A DNA stretch of 63,961 nt, counting the filler, from Thelocarpon superellum (Eukaryota), in the NCBI GenBank assembly GCA_026025795.1. It is 3 parts of 3 records of this genome, joined end to end, with 100 filler letters (N's around TTAATTAATTAA, not from the genome) between each part and the next. Parts side by side here need not be neighbours in the genome. Positions count along the whole stretch, not along the records: positions 1 to 22,442 come from JAPEUG010000297.1; positions 22,543 to 44,973 come from JAPEUG010000298.1; 1 more part is not named here. One strand, given 5' to 3'. The translations under genes were made by a program, and so were the position numbers. Shown piece after piece: positions 12,773 through 25,617 of this stretch. The notes under the pieces were generated by a model. The model had not been told where the DNA came from, ran no database searches, and saw nothing but the letters and a program-made list of their open reading frames with translations. Positions within the stretch are counted from its first letter, which is position 1; every line of letters begins with the position of its first letter.

Positions 12773-15700
12773 ATGGCCGTCACCGCGCAGCCACTCCTGG
12801 ACACGACCACCCCCCTCCTGCGATCGACCAGCGACCTCGGCCCGCGCGGCGACCGCGGGAAGCCCGACGCGCTCCCCCCGCGCAATGGCGACAGTCCCAG
12901 CTGGATCCGGCATGGGTGGGAGGAGCAGCTCGAGTCGGAAGAATACCTGAACCACCTCTCCTCCAACTTCTACCTCTACTACACCGAGAAGCGACACGAG
13001 ACGGGAGGCAACCCAAAAGACGACGCGGACCCGCTGCAAGAATGGCGGATGAAGGACCGGCTCAAGACCGTGTCGGCCGCGCTGGCCATCTGCTTGAACC
13101 TGGGCGTCGATCCGCCCGACGTGATCAAGACCAACCCGTGCGCCAAGCTCGAGGCCTGGGTCGATCCCGCCGCCTTGTCCGCCGGCCCCAAGGCCATGGA
13201 GACCATCGGCAAGAACCTGCAGAGCCAGTACGAGACCCTCAGCATCCGCACCCGCTACCGCCAGCACCTCGACCCGTCCATCGACGAGACCAAGAAGTTC
13301 TGCTGCCAGCTGCGTCGCAACGCCAAGGACGAGCGCGTGCTGTTCCACTACAACGGCCATGGCGTGCCCAAGCCCACCGTGTCGGGGGAGATCTGGGTCT
13401 TCAATAAGAACTTCACCCAGTACATCCCCATCTCCCTCTACGACCTGCAGTCGTGGCTGGGCGCGCCCAGCCTGTTGGTGTACGACTGCTCCGACGCCGG
13501 CAACATCATCCACAACTTCCACAAGTTCCTCGAGAAGCATGAGATGGACAACGCCGTGCTCCGGCAGAAGGATCCGCACGCCCAGCTGCCCAGCTACCAC
13601 GACTGCATCCAGCTGGCCGCCTGCGGCCGCAACGAGAGCCTGCCCACCAGCCCCGACCTCCCCGCCGACCTCTTCACTTGCTGCCTCACGACGCCCATCG
13701 AGATCGCCCTGCGATTCTTCGTCCTCCAGAATCCGCTGCCCAGCCATCTCACGATCGACGACGTGAGCAAGATGCCCGGCCGCCTGCAGGAGCGCCGCAC
13801 GCCCATGGGCGAGCTCAACTGGATCTTCACCGCCATCACCGACACCATCGCGTGGAACACGCTCCCGCGCGGCCTCTTCAAGAAGCTCTTCCGCCAGGAT
13901 CTCATGGTCGCCGCCCTCTTCCGCAACTTCCTCCTGAGCCAGCGCATCATGCGCGTGCACCAATGCCACCCCATGTCCTCGCCCGCCCTGCCCGACACCT
14001 ACCAGCACCCGCTCTGGCAGAGCTGGGACCTGGCCGTCGAGATGGTCTTGGGCCAGCTGCCGGCCCTGCTCGAGGCGCAAGCCGGCCGGCGCCAGTACGA
14101 GTACCAGCACTCGACCTTCTTCGCCGAGCAGCTGACCGCCTTTGAAGTCTACCTCGAGCATGGCGCGGTCGAGCAGCGGCCGCCGGACCAGCTGCCCATC
14201 GTGCTGCAGGTCTTGCTGAGCCAGGTGCATCGGCTGCGCGCGCTGATCCTGCTGAGCAAGTTCTTGGACATGGGTCCCTGGGCCGTCAACCTGGCGCTGA
14301 GCATCGGCATCTTCCCCTACGTGCTGAAGCTGCTGCAGTCGGCCGCGGCGGAGCTGAAGCCGGTCATGGTCTTCATCTGGGCCCGCATCCTGGCCGTCGA
14401 TCGCTCGTGCCAGGGCGATCTCCTCAAGGACAGCGGCTACCAGTACTTCATCCAGATCCTTAATCCCTCCTCCGGCATCCCCATCGCCAACGCGAGCGAG
14501 CACCGGGCCATGTGCGCCTTCATCCTCGCGCGCTTCTGCACCCACTTCCCGCAGGGCCAAGTGGTGTGCCTCGACCCCGTCGTCGTCTCGTCGTGCCTCA
14601 CGCACATGGCCGACGGCAGCAACCCGCTGCTGCGACAGTGGGCCTGTCTCTGTCTGGCGCAGCTGTGGCGCGACCACGCCGACGCGCAGTGGATGGGCAT
14701 CCGCGAGGGTGCACCGGCGCGCTTGTGTGCCTTGGCGCAAGATCCCGTGCCCGAGGTGCGGGCGGCGATGCTGTACGCGCTGCGCACCTTCCTGGGCATT
14801 CCGGACGTGACGGATCAAGTGGCCACGATTGAAGAGACCGTGGCCACGACGCTGCTGGGCATGACGCACGATGGAAGCGCGCTGGTGCGGCGGGAGTGGC
14901 TCGCCTTCTGCGCCACCTTCGTCCAGCGCTATGAGCACAAGTTCCTGGTCGCCGCCTTCGAATCGCTCGACGCCGAGGCGGCGCGCCGGGCGGGTGCGGC
15001 GGAGCCGACGCGAGGCGTCTCGCAGGACACCATCTACGCGGCGCTGTGGACGGAGGTCCTGATGCTGTCGGTGGATCCGCACCCGGAGATGGCCCAACCG
15101 GCGGGGCAGGTGGTCGATTACGTGCTGCACCGGCTCGTTCAGTCGCCGCTGGGTCGCGCCGCGCAACGCGCCATGGACGACCTCGCCCGGCCGGCGCCGC
15201 GTCCGCCGTCGCGTCGCATGACGCCCCTGCCGCCGGTGACGCCGCCGTCGAGCGGGGGCCCTGGCACCCCGGGATCGACCACGACGGTGGGATCCGCGAC
15301 CACGATCGTGCCGGATGCATACGACGGATCGCTCCTGTCGAGTCTCAAGCGGACGGCCAGCGTGGCAGCGTCGCTGAAACGCCTGGCCTTTCCCGCCACG
15401 ATCAACGGCTCGGCCTCGCCACGCTCGTCGAGCTACGGGTCCGCGTCGTTGTCGGGTCGAGCGCCGCGTCCGTCGGGCCCGCTACGGGTGCAAGTGCCGG
15501 CCGAGTGGTCCCGACCGCCGACCCATCAAGATCCTCCGTTGACGCCGCCGTCGCAGCTGGCGCCTCCGACGCCCCTACCACGACGCTTCACGCCGCGGGC
15601 GCTGGACGCGATGCCGACGCTTCCGTTGACCAGCCACTTTCTCGAATGGTCGGTCGAGTACTTTCAAGAGCCGCAGATGAAGCAGAGTGACGCCGAGGAG

Positions 15701-16872
15701 CCCGGCAGTACCGAGTACAATGCCCGCCTCTGGCGGCGCACGCGCAACGAGCAGATCATCCACGTGACGCAGCCGCAGAAGGAGCTGGCCGGGCGCAGCG
15801 GGTGGGAGACGGCGTCGCAGCTGTTCGACAACGGCAGCCAGCCGACGAAGATGGTCTTTCACCAATTCGCGGACCAGCTGGCCGTGGCGGACGAACGAGA
15901 CGTGGTGACCATCTGGGACTGGGCCAACCAGACGCGCCTCAACCGCTTCGCCAACGGCAACCCGGCCGGGACGAAGATCACCGAGGTGACCTTCATCAAC
16001 GAGGACGACCAGGCGCTCCTGCTGACGGGCTCCTCCGAGGGCGTGATGCGCGTCTTCCGCCACGCCGACGAGGCCGGGCGTACGGAGCTCGTGTCGGCCT
16101 GGCGCGCGCTGACCAACCTGGTCGAGGCGCCGGTGCAGGCCGGGCTGGTGTTTGAATGGCAACAGGGGCACGGCAAAGCGCTCATCGCCGGCGACGTCAA
16201 GGTGATCCGGGTGTGGAACGCGGCGACGGAGATGGCCATCACCGACATCCCGGCGCGATCCGGGGCGTGCATCACGTCGCTGACGTCGGACCAAGTGGCG
16301 GGGGATGTGTTTGTGGCCGGCTTCGGCGACGGCGCGGTACGGGTGTATGACCAGCGCAACCGGCCGCGCGAGGCCATGGTGCGGGTGTGGCGCGAGCATC
16401 GGCAGTGGATCACGGGCGTGCATCTGCAGCGCGGGGGCGCGCGCGAACTCGTCAGCGGCAGCCGCAATGGCGAGGTCAAGGTGTGGGATCTACGCCACGA
16501 TCGCTCCCTCCACACCATTGTTGCGGCCGACGATGCGTTGCGTGCGTTGGGGGTGCACGAGCACGCGCCGGTGTTTGCGTGGTGGGTTTCACTCTCCTTT
16601 ACCACCCCTCTCCTGGACTCTCTTCTCCCGCATCAGAAGCTAACGATCGTAGTGGAACGGGCCACAACGCCGTCCAAGTCTTCAACATCGACGGAACGCC
16701 CCTCTCGACCGTCGAGCCATACTCGAGCTTCCTGCACCATCATCGCACCGTGCCCATTGCCGCGCTGGCCTTTCACCCACATCGCATGAAGCTCGCCTGC
16801 TCCGCGCTTACAGATCACCATGTCAATGTCTTTAGCTGTGAGGGGAAACGATCTATCTTAATGGAGGAGTAG
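12773..16872 (+). CDS. kog1: TORC1 subunit Raptor (Kog1/Mip1), 2 exons: 12773-16581, 16653-16872
   Basis: Raptor N-terminal domain (WRMKDRLKTVSAALAICLNLGVDPPD, ERVLFHYNGHGVPKPT, NKNFTQYIP), HEAT region (QVLLSQVHRLRAL) and C-terminal WD40 repeats. Intron 16582-16652 (GTGGGT..CTAAC..TAG). Confidence 0.97.
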
Positions 16873-16965
16873 GGGGGAGGAGACGTAATGGAGGAAGGGC
16901 CAGCTCAGGGGAGAGTGACATGAAGGAGAGAAGGAGAGAAGCGAAGCATCAACGGCGCAAAGGAA

Positions 16966-17053
16966 AGGACAAGGGACAAGGGACAGGGACACGGGACAAG
17001 GGACACGGGACACGGGACAAGGAACACGGGACAAGGGACACGGGACAAGGGAT
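16966..17053. repeat. 7-bp tandem repeat GGGACA(A/C), ~12 copies
   Basis: Directly visible downstream of the raptor stop. Confidence 0.88.
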
Positions 17054-17618
17054 ACCAGCATGGCGGGCATAGGTAATGGGCATCGGCATCATGAGCGTCG
17101 TCGTCGTCGTTGATTGTCGCAAGCATCCGCATCTGCATCATCATGCATGCACATATGGCGGAGAGAGAGGGAGGGAGAGAACCAAGTCAATTTCACACCT
17201 GCGCATCCACCTGCGCTTGCATCACACTTCACAGTTATACTGCACTTGAACCCTTTGTTGAATGTACACGGGTAGGGGCAGCGCAAGGAAAATGGATGGA
17301 TGGACATGGTTGAGAGCGTGAGAAGGACGAGACGACATGACGGCGTTCTCCCAGTCTACAAGGACCATTACTCCCGTGATTACCCGACCTATTATTCCCT
17401 CCTCCCTCCCTCTACGTTTCTGCTGATGACTCTGCTGCGCCTGTACATGTGCATGCATGGCATTTGGGGGGAAGGTAAGTCCATGTGTTTTACGTACAAG
17501 GGGAGGGGACATGGACGGTGAAAGCGAGAATATGAGAGGAGGTAAGTAGAGGAGGAATAAGGAATAAGAAGCAAGGAGGGAGAGGAAGAGTGAAGAGCAA
17601 AGTGGGAAGAGAAGCATA

Positions 17619-19199
17619 TCACCAGGCGCCGCGAAACTCCAGTAGATCTCGCTGGCCGTAGTATTCGCCCACGATGGTGATGATGGTGTGGAGTGTTGCT
17701 TTGTCTGTTGCTTTGTCTTCCTCCTCTTTCTCTTCGGGCACTTCTCCTTCCTCTTCTTCGTTTTTTCCTCCTGCTTCTGCTTCTGCTTCGTTTTCGTCGT
17801 GGTTGTGGTACTCGATCTTGTCCTCGTGCCCGTTGTTGAGCGTCTGCATTAGTCGCGTCTTGGCTTCTTCCATCTTGTCCTCTTCTTCCTCTTCCTCGTC
17901 GTCGTCGTCGTCGTCCTCCTCCTTCTCCACCCCCTCCTTCTCTTGGACATCTGCCCCGTCAGGGACACCTGTAGTCGACATGCCATTCTCGGCCTCGGCC
18001 TCTCTTTCTCCCTCCCCCTCATCCCCGCCCCTTCTTAACTCATGCTCATCCAAAGCCTCCACCACCTCACCTCCCTCCTGCTGAAGGCCCACCAACAACC
18101 ACACGGCGCGTTTACCCAGCTCGCGCACGACGCTCACCTCCTCACTGACCAGACACCCCGGCTCCTGCAGCCGGCCCAGCAGGGCCCAGGTCCATCGGCC
18201 CGTGCGGCGCTCGATGCCGCGTCTCCGCTTGAGAAAGCTGAGCGTCACGAGGCGCAGAAGGAGAAGAAGCGTGGATTGGTCCATCCTTGCTACTTGCGCC
18301 GGCTTCGGATCCGTGGTCTGGAGGAGGTGGCGCCAATGGCCGTATGCGGCGTTGGCATTGTAGGAGGAGGAGGAGGACGACGTTGTGGGATGGTCTCGGT
18401 CTAGAGATGTGAGAGCGTCCGCGGGCACGGCGTGGTCACGGAGCTGTGAGCGTAGGTGTCGGTATTGCGCCAGAAGAGACGCGTAGTATGCGCTTTGTGC
18501 GTCTTGGCCGGCGCTCTTCTCGCCGTCCTCCATGGAAGTATCGGTGGCCAAGGTAGGCGCCGCAGTGTATGCGCCGTCGGCATAGTATCCCTTGACCCGT
18601 CCGCCTTCGCCTGGCTCATCCTCGCCTTCGTCCTCGCCGTTGTCGTCGATCTCCCTCGGAGCAACCAGGAGATCTGGCACGCCTTTGGCCTCGGACCTAG
18701 GAGCGCATCACCGACATCAGTCCCTCCATCGATCCATGCATCTCCAGCCAATCTTAGCCTCGCCTTGCACGGCATCGATGTGCAGGAAGTAGAGGACTCA
18801 CCTGACCATTCGGAGATAATCCAGACCATCGTGCGCCGGGCCGTAGAAGGGATGGCGGCTATCATGGTCCTCGAGACCAGGAAAGGCGCTTCTTAGCCCT
18901 GTCGACGGGTCCACGCGCCCTGTGGTCGTCGGTCTCTTCGACGGGACGCTGGTGAAGGAGGTGTTGGAGGACGGTCGTGGGGAGAAGTGCGGCGCGCTGG
19001 GCGCGTTGGTCGAGATGCTCGCGCTGCTCGGAGCCTCACGGCCTCCATCATTCCCGTCGCCTTCATCCTCATCGTAGGGAAGCTCGTCGTATGAGAGGCC
19101 GGATGGCTCTGGCCGTGGTCGCTTGTTGCCCATGGGTGTGGCACGCCACGAGCCATCGGTGCTGCCCTGGTGCTTTCGTTTCTTGTTGGATTTGGGCAT
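17619..19199 (-). CDS. Gemin2/Brr1/Yip1-like SMN-interacting protein, 2 exons: 19199-18802, 18696-17619
   Basis: The motif DGLDYLRMVR/SEA..PDLLVA is rebuilt across intron 18801-18697. Also WTWALLGRL..EEVSVVRELGKRA and terminal ITIVGEYYGQRDLL. Alternative ATG at 19223. Confidence 0.75.
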
Positions 19200-19529
19200 T
19201 GTGTGAGATTGAGAGAGCCGCATCAGTGACGTGAGTCATCTCAGAGAGACCGGGAGAAGGTGGAGGTGATCGCCATGGCGCTTGGACAGGCCATGGCGGG
19301 CGGACGTGAAGGAGATGTCGTGGTCGAGGTGGGCAAGGACAAGAAGGGTCGTGAACTCAAACCAGCAAATTGATATCCATCCTCATCGTCACGTACTCAA
19401 TCGCCAATGGCTCTCTTCTTGTAAACGATACCATCGCTGTTACATTACGTCCAGTCTATGGAGATCAATATCCTCATGTATTCGATCTTCAGCTTCTCGA
19501 TTCATGTCACGACACCCGTCTAAGATCCA

Positions 19530-21227
19530 TCACGGCCGCACTCGGTGGGGATCGCGTGGGAACGTGCTCGCTTTTCGAATGTTGCCCAAGCCCAGATAGA
19601 GGAAGATGACGCGCTCTAGCCCGATGCCTCCTCCTCCATGTGGCGGGGCCCCGTACTTGAAGGAGTCGACGTAATCCTTCAAGCCATCGCCGTCGGGGTC
19701 GACGCCGACGGCCTTCATCCGTTCGAGGAGCAAGCCATGCTGATGGATCCGTTGCGCGCCGGACATGATCTCCTCGCCGCGCATGAAGAAGTCGTAGGAA
19801 TTGGACAGCCTGGGGTCGTGGGGAGACGGCATGGTGTAAAAGGGTCGAATGGCCAAGGGGAATTGATCCAGTATGTAAAAGTCGGTGCCGTACCTCTCGC
19901 GCACCAAGCGGCCGAGGTGGCGCTCTTGCGGTGTCGTCATGTCATCGTGATCCGAAATGTCCTCGCCGGCCGCGCGAAGCATGGCCATGCCCTCCACGAA
20001 GTTGAGCCGTAACATCTTCCCGTCCTCGGGCAGCTTGAATTCCTCCACGGGGTACTGACGTCGGACCATCTCAATCTCCGTCGAGTACCGCTCCTTCAAC
20101 CCCTTGAAGATGTAGATGAACAGCCCCTCGAGCATGTCCAGCACCTCGTGATAGTGCACCTTGAATGTCATCTCCATGTCCAGTCCGATGAACTAGGGAC
20201 CGGTCAGCAAGGGCCCCCGGGCCAGGAGGAGGGACCGGCTCACCTCCGTCATGTGCCGCGCCGTGTTGCTGTTCTCCGCCCGGAAGATGGAACCCGTCTC
20301 AAACACCCGGTGAAGACCACCGTTGACCAGCATCTGCTTGTAGAGTTGCGGACTTTGCGCGAGGTAGACGTTGCGCCCAAAGTAATTGACGGCAAAGACG
20401 TTGCTGCCTCCCTCCGACGCGGCCGGGATCAGCTTGGGCGTGTCGACCTCGACGAAAGCATGCTTCCGGAGGTATTCCCGGAACAGCTCCTTGACGCCAC
20501 CCTTGATCATGAAGATGGCCTGGTTGGTGGGCGTGCGCATGTCGATGACGCGGTTGTCGAGTCGCGTGGCCAGATTGACCCTGGGCGTCTTGGACGTTTT
20601 GGAGTCGGCGCCGTCTACCACGTCTTCCTTCTCGCCTTCGCCGAGCTCGGGAAGCAAGGCAGACTCTAACGACATCGGGAACTGTGCGACCGCCTCGGCC
20701 ACGAGGTAGATCTTCTGCACGTGAAGCTCCAACGCCGAGATGGTGGCCGACGTGACGGGATCTTTGGGAGCGTGGACGAGGCCGGTGATCTCGACGACCG
20801 ACTCGGAGTTGAGCGAGGCCACCCATTTGACCATCGGCCGCGAGACGGAGGAGGAGTCATCCCCGGCGGCCACGACCGCTTGGATGGTGGAAAAGGGCGA
20901 CTGGCGCAGCAACAGAAAGCAGAGCTTGGCCGTTTGACTGCGGATATTTTGCACGCTGGTCTGCACGGTGACGGTGCTATCGACGACCAGGTCGGACAGG
21001 TCAACGATGGTGGATGGTCGGACCTCGGGGAGACGGCCGTAGTTGTCTTTGGCAAAGTCGTCCGCGGCGGCCTGTTGTTGCTGCTGCCGTTGGCGCTCAT
21101 CGAGCTCCTTGCGCTTGGCCGCCTTCTTCTCCTCCTTCTCCTTGGCCTTGGCGAGCTTCTTCAGCGCACTGGGGGACGGCTCGGTGGGATTGAGGTCCAT
21201 CGCCCCGACATTGCTTTCCAGCGACAT
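19530..21227 (-). CDS. dps1: Cytosolic aspartyl-tRNA synthetase, 2 exons: 21227-20244, 20192-19530
   Basis: Lys-rich N-terminus, OB-fold, class II motifs ([50 protein letters not shown]) and terminal FPRDPHR; 51-nt intron. Confidence 0.96.
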
Positions 21228-21502
21228 GGTGGCGGGGCTGAGGGGGGCGTAAGAGTCACCGTCGTGGGCCGTCGGTCGTCGCAGCATCACGGATAAATCC
21301 GGACGGACGCTAGTGGTGGGGGGTGCCAAATCGGGAATCGCGTACTTGGGCAATTCCCAATCGGGCGCAACAGAAGTCCATAACGGGTCAATACTTCATG
21401 CTCGACATGTACACATGATGCGCAGAGAGATTTCATCTTGTAGTGGAGGATCATACCTAGGACAAATCCATGGCTGGGATCTGAGAAGGGGGAGGTCCCT
21501 GT

Positions 21503-22442
21503 CTATTGAACGAGACCCTCTCTACGCAACCCCCAGGATACCGCATCCCAAACATCATCGACGATAACTTGAGGCGGAGGGTCTGGCGGCGCCTTGCCAT
21601 CATACACCCCACTCCTCACCAAGACGGACACCCACTCCGTTCCACGGGGACTTTGATATTCGTTCGCGCCCATGATGTCGCTCGCAGGATTGTCTCCGAT
21701 CATGTAGACTCTTTCCAACTCTGACCCTGTCTTTCCAGACGGGAGGGCTCCATCTTCATCTTCATCTTCGCCAGCTGGCTGTTGGAGTATCATCCTGTGC
21801 TCGTTCAAGCGCCGCTCGGCAAACTCATATGTCGCGCGATGCGGCTTCCCGATGAGCGTCTTCTTCAACTCGACCCCGCTAGTCTTCCCTCCCGTGACGG
21901 CGGTCCAAACGCCTTCGAGCGCCTCCCGGAAGCCTCCTTGTCCGAGGCGCGGGAGATGATATTCCGCGGCCCACCAGAGATCGGGGTTGGAGAGATAAAG
22001 AGGAGGCTGGCCGTCTTGCTGGAAACCCCGGTTGGGAAGTGATGCGTCGTTGTTCCTCGGCGACAACGTACCAAGGATCCCTCGGTGGGATAGCAGCAGA
22101 TCGAGCATTACCTGGATATCTAGGGCCCAGTCGCGGGGGTCATTGTAGACAAAGATTGCATCGATTTGAAGACTGGACGCGGGATCGACGGGGTTGATGG
22201 GACGAGGAAGTGGCCGGGCGAAGCTGGCGTAATATGGCATCAGTGCTGTGGCAAAGGGCCAGATGGACGGGTAGCAGGTGATGATGTCGGCGGGAGTGAC
22301 GACGTTGCGGAAGCCGTATCTGTCCTGGTCAGCATGCGATGGTCCAGCGCAGGAGCAGGCGTGAGGAGTCTGACTGATGAGCCACCTGACGACACCGATC
22401 GCCCTCCCCTCCCACGACCAAGACACATTTGTCCCGCAACCC
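21503..22442 (-). CDS. HAD-superfamily class IIA hydrolase (HDHD5/CECR5-like), 5'-truncated by the contig end; exons <22442-22375, 22319-21503
   Basis: VLVVGGEG..YGF, VYNDPRDWALD, SNPDLWWA..RLGQGGF, GKP, YMIGDNPASDI and SVLVRSGVY motifs; intron 22374-22320. Confidence 0.88.
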
Positions 22443-22542
22443 NNNNNNNNNNNNNNNNNNNNNNNNNNNNNNNNNNNNNNNNNNNNTTAATTAATTAANN
22501 NNNNNNNNNNNNNNNNNNNNNNNNNNNNNNNNNNNNNNNNNN
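22443..22542. other. Artificial contig linker N44-TTAATTAATTAA-N44
   Basis: Exactly 100 nt, with stop codons in all six frames; identical to the second linker. Confidence 0.97.
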
Positions 22543-22796
22543 GCTGGTGTGGTGAAGGTGGGGGAGGCCGGAACACCACGACAGCGGTATGCGTAGGTGA
22601 GGATTCCCCTACGTCCTCCCCAGCCGTGATGTCACGGACAGCGACTGACAATCTCGGAGTGGTCCGCAGGTAGCAACGGACCTTGTCTTCATATTCGCAT
22701 TCATGGATCATGCAAAGACGACACGAGACGGGATGCGATGTCTGTCAAACAGATGCAGATGCAATTTCATCGAGGCAAGGAGGACCCGGGCGGTCC

Positions 22797-24539
22797 CTAG
22801 CGAGAACGATAGCTCAGCTTCTTGTTGTCCCTCTTCTTCCGCTCCTTGCCCACCTCCCGCCTTCGGCGCTTCCATGCGCGGTTCGTCTCGCCGCGGCGCT
22901 CCCAGAATGTCTCTTCGAATCCTTTCTGCGCTCCAGCCTCCGCCTCCGTCCCGGCCCCTGCTCCTTCACCTGGCGCGGCGTCGAAGAGAGGAGGGGGCGC
23001 CAGATGCGATGGTGAGGCTTTCCCCGCGCCTTTGCGTGGGGCGCGCTCTCCCTCGCCGTCGTCGTCCATGTCGTCGTCCCCATCTCGCCACGGGAAGAGG
23101 AACTGACGTCCTGGGGCCGCGGTGTCCGGTGTCGGCGCTGCGCTGCGGATGCCTCGCTCTTGAAAATCGCGCTGCGTGAAGGGCGTCTGCGGCATGGTTG
23201 GTTCTGCCTCGCCTCCTCCTCCTTCTCCTTCTTCGTTGTCGGGTCCGAAAAAGCTGAACGTCGGGTTATCTTGCGACGTCTCGGGCCCAGTCGCTGTAAC
23301 TTCTTTTCGGGCCGGACGCTTGAAGATCGATTCGAGTGGGTGCGGCTTCGCGCCTGTCGTGGAGCCCGCGGTGTCCGTGGACGTGGGAATCGTGATGGTC
23401 AAATTCGGTGCAGATCCCTCGCGTGAGCGTGAGGGAGAGGGTTCCGCGCTCGGTCCTGCCTTCTTCCCCTTTCTGTCTCCGGCCTTAGACGTCATCTGGG
23501 ACGACTCTGTCTCGAGCACTTCAGACTCAGATCCAGATTCACTGGAGGAGGACTCCCCCAACGATTCGTCGCTGCCAGATGAGCTCGTGCTTTCTTCCAC
23601 GTTTGGCCTTGTCGGCGTTCCAGGACCATTGGATCCGACCTGCGAAGCCTCGGCTGCTTGCTTTCCCTGGGACGAAATGGTCGGCGGGGCCCCCGTCCGT
23701 CGGCTTGACTTTGGAACAGCCTCCAACATGATTCCACCATCATCCACCCAGCCCTTGCCGTCGACGAACTCGGACACAATCTTTCCGGATTTGATAGCAT
23801 CGTGACCCCTCAGGAAAGTAGAAAACTTGGTCGTGCTGGCGAACTCATGGATGACCGTCTCTCGACCGTGTTTGTCTTTGACCCGGCGCTCGCCCACTCT
23901 CGCTTGAGTATCCGCCAACATCGAAGGCGCGCTGGAAGAGGCGGTCTTGGGGGGTAAAGCCGTCCGAAAGAGGCATTCTGCCTTGGTGGTAAAGGACGAA
24001 GTAGACGCTTTGCGATTCTTGTCTCTCGATCCTTTGGATCCTTTGCTCTTCGACGAGGCCGGCTTCGTCCATCCTCGCTGGACCTGACGGCCATCTGGCA
24101 ATTCCAGCCCCGGAAAATGGCCCTCTTCTCGCCTCCGTCTCTTGGCCCGTCGGTCATGATCTTTGTCCGGCTTGGCCACGTCAGGCTCCGGAGCTCCGGC
24201 ATCATTGGCCCGTCGTTCTCGCTCGGGGCGCGCTTTGGACACCTTCATCTTCGAGCCCTTCAGGATAGAGCCATTGAGCTTCTTCCGCAGTTTCTCCGCA
24301 TCCTCCATGGGCAGCTCGACGAAGCCGTAGTTGGATTCGGGGAAAGTCTGCAGCTGGTGGTAGGAGATGTTGGTTGCTTTGGAAAGGACCGTGGGAGGAA
24401 TGATGTTTGAGAGATTCGTCGGGTTCAATGGCGAGATGTGGAGCCGGAGTCGCTCGGTGACCGATGAAGCTGATGGGAGATGTCGCTCGCGGTGCAATGG
24501 GGGCAAGGTCGAAGCCTGGTCGAGGGGTAGGACGGCCAT
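22797..24539 (-). CDS. RRM-containing nucleolar-like protein (Nop8/NOL8-like; often labelled SRP40-like in fungi)
   Basis: Intronless ORF. The N-terminus is RRM-like (RLHISPL..NYGFVEL..KLRKKLNGSILKGSKMKV), the middle is Ser/acidic and the tail is basic (FWERRGETNRAWKRRRRE). Confidence 0.7.
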   Translation of the reverse strand: MAVLPLDQASTLPPLHRERHLPSASSVTERLRLHISPLNPTNLSNIIPPTVLSKATNISYHQLQTFPESNYGFVELPMEDAEKLRKKLNGSILKGSKMKVSKARPERERRANDAGAPEPDVAKPDKDHDRRAKRRRREEGHFPGLELPDGRQVQRGWTKPASSKSKGSKGSRDKNRKASTSSFTTKAECLFRTALPPKTASSSAPSMLADTQARVGERRVKDKHGRETVIHEFASTTKFSTFLRGHDAIKSGKIVSEFVDGKGWVDDGGIMLEAVPKSSRRTGAPPTISSQGKQAAEASQVGSNGPGTPTRPNVEESTSSSGSDESLGESSSSESGSESEVLETESSQMTSKAGDRKGKKAGPSAEPSPSRSREGSAPNLTITIPTSTDTAGSTTGAKPHPLESIFKRPARKEVTATGPETSQDNPTFSFFGPDNEEGEGGGGEAEPTMPQTPFTQRDFQERGIRSAAPTPDTAAPGRQFLFPWRDGDDDMDDDGEGERAPRKGAGKASPSHLAPPPLFDAAPGEGAGAGTEAEAGAQKGFEETFWERRGETNRAWKRRRREVGKERKKRDNKKLSYRSR

Positions 24540-25617
24540 GATCACGGTGCCATGGCCAGAGTGCAACTCCAGACGCGGAGTCGGATGAAGAAGCTACAGC
24601 TTTTATAGAGATTCGCCACTCGGCCTAGCCGTCGCCGGTTGTCGGAGATTATCGTCCGTAGGCGCCTGTTTCCTGTAAGAGGACTGAGACACAACAGAGC
24701 TGAGCAGAAATAGAATTTCGATTCGGCGCTTGACCAATCGTTGGCCGCCGTCCCAAAACATCCTAGTTCGGCGGCTAACCCCGGTCGAGGCTCCCACGTC
24801 CCACCGTCAGCCCCGCGACATTGTTTACCCGCGCCAGCCTTGTCGTGCTCACTCCCGTCGTAAATGAAGCCTCGAAGATCGAGTTCTCGCAGAGGTGTCG
24901 ATGCGTCACGGATTACGCCAACAAAGAAGTATCCCTCGGTCGATGCGGGGAACGAAGTGGTACAAAATTTCATGGTGATCTCAGGCCAGCGTCAATCTCG
25001 GCTTCCGTAGAGATGAGTTCAGGATTCTTCCTGGCCCCCGGCCGATCGACGACATCAAACAGACAGCTACAAGCTGTCCAGGCGGGAGTCGAGCAGCAGG
25101 TCTTGTTGGAGAGTGAACAACCCAAGATGCGACCGCAGCAGTCCCTTGCCCAGTACAGCGGCGTCCAACGCAGACACCGGAATACGTTTGCAGATCATTG
25201 CTCCCTTGAAGTGCGGGGCGTTCGCCACCCGAGACCGACTGAAAGTACACGATTCGAGACGGACCGCCGGCTGAATGTTCGGACGAAAAGTCGGACGAGG
25301 CTTCGTATTCCGCGTTGGACAAGCCTCCGTAATCCGCATTGGACTAGCATTAGATGCTCATCATCGTCACACCTGTCGCCTTACTCGGGCAAAAGTCACG
25401 ATAATGGCCACATCCGATATGTCCATTATATCCGACGGCGTTACATCATCTTTCCGTTCTTGGTGCGGCTAGGTGGATGCTACATCGGCGTCGCTCGAGA
25501 GCAGCAATGTCAAATACAGCGCACGAAGCAGGATACTCTCTCGGTCTTTAGTGAATGACGAAACAAGTCCTTTCTGCCCACATTCTACGATCATTCCGCG
25601 AGACCACAACTTTGACC

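Noticed and set aside
12698..15166. 822-aa minus-strand ORF and other long antisense ORFs (e.g. 4730-6025, 48493-49452)
   Set aside because: These are shadows of GC3-rich genes on the opposite strand, with no recognisable motifs.
19530..21227. AspRS as a divergent self-resistance paralogue
   Set aside because: The motifs are intact, the neighbours are housekeeping genes and there is no biosynthetic cluster nearby.
24821..25558. 245-aa TTG-initiated ORF in a divergent spacer
   Set aside because: Non-ATG start, no motifs, and it occupies the promoter space of two divergent genes.
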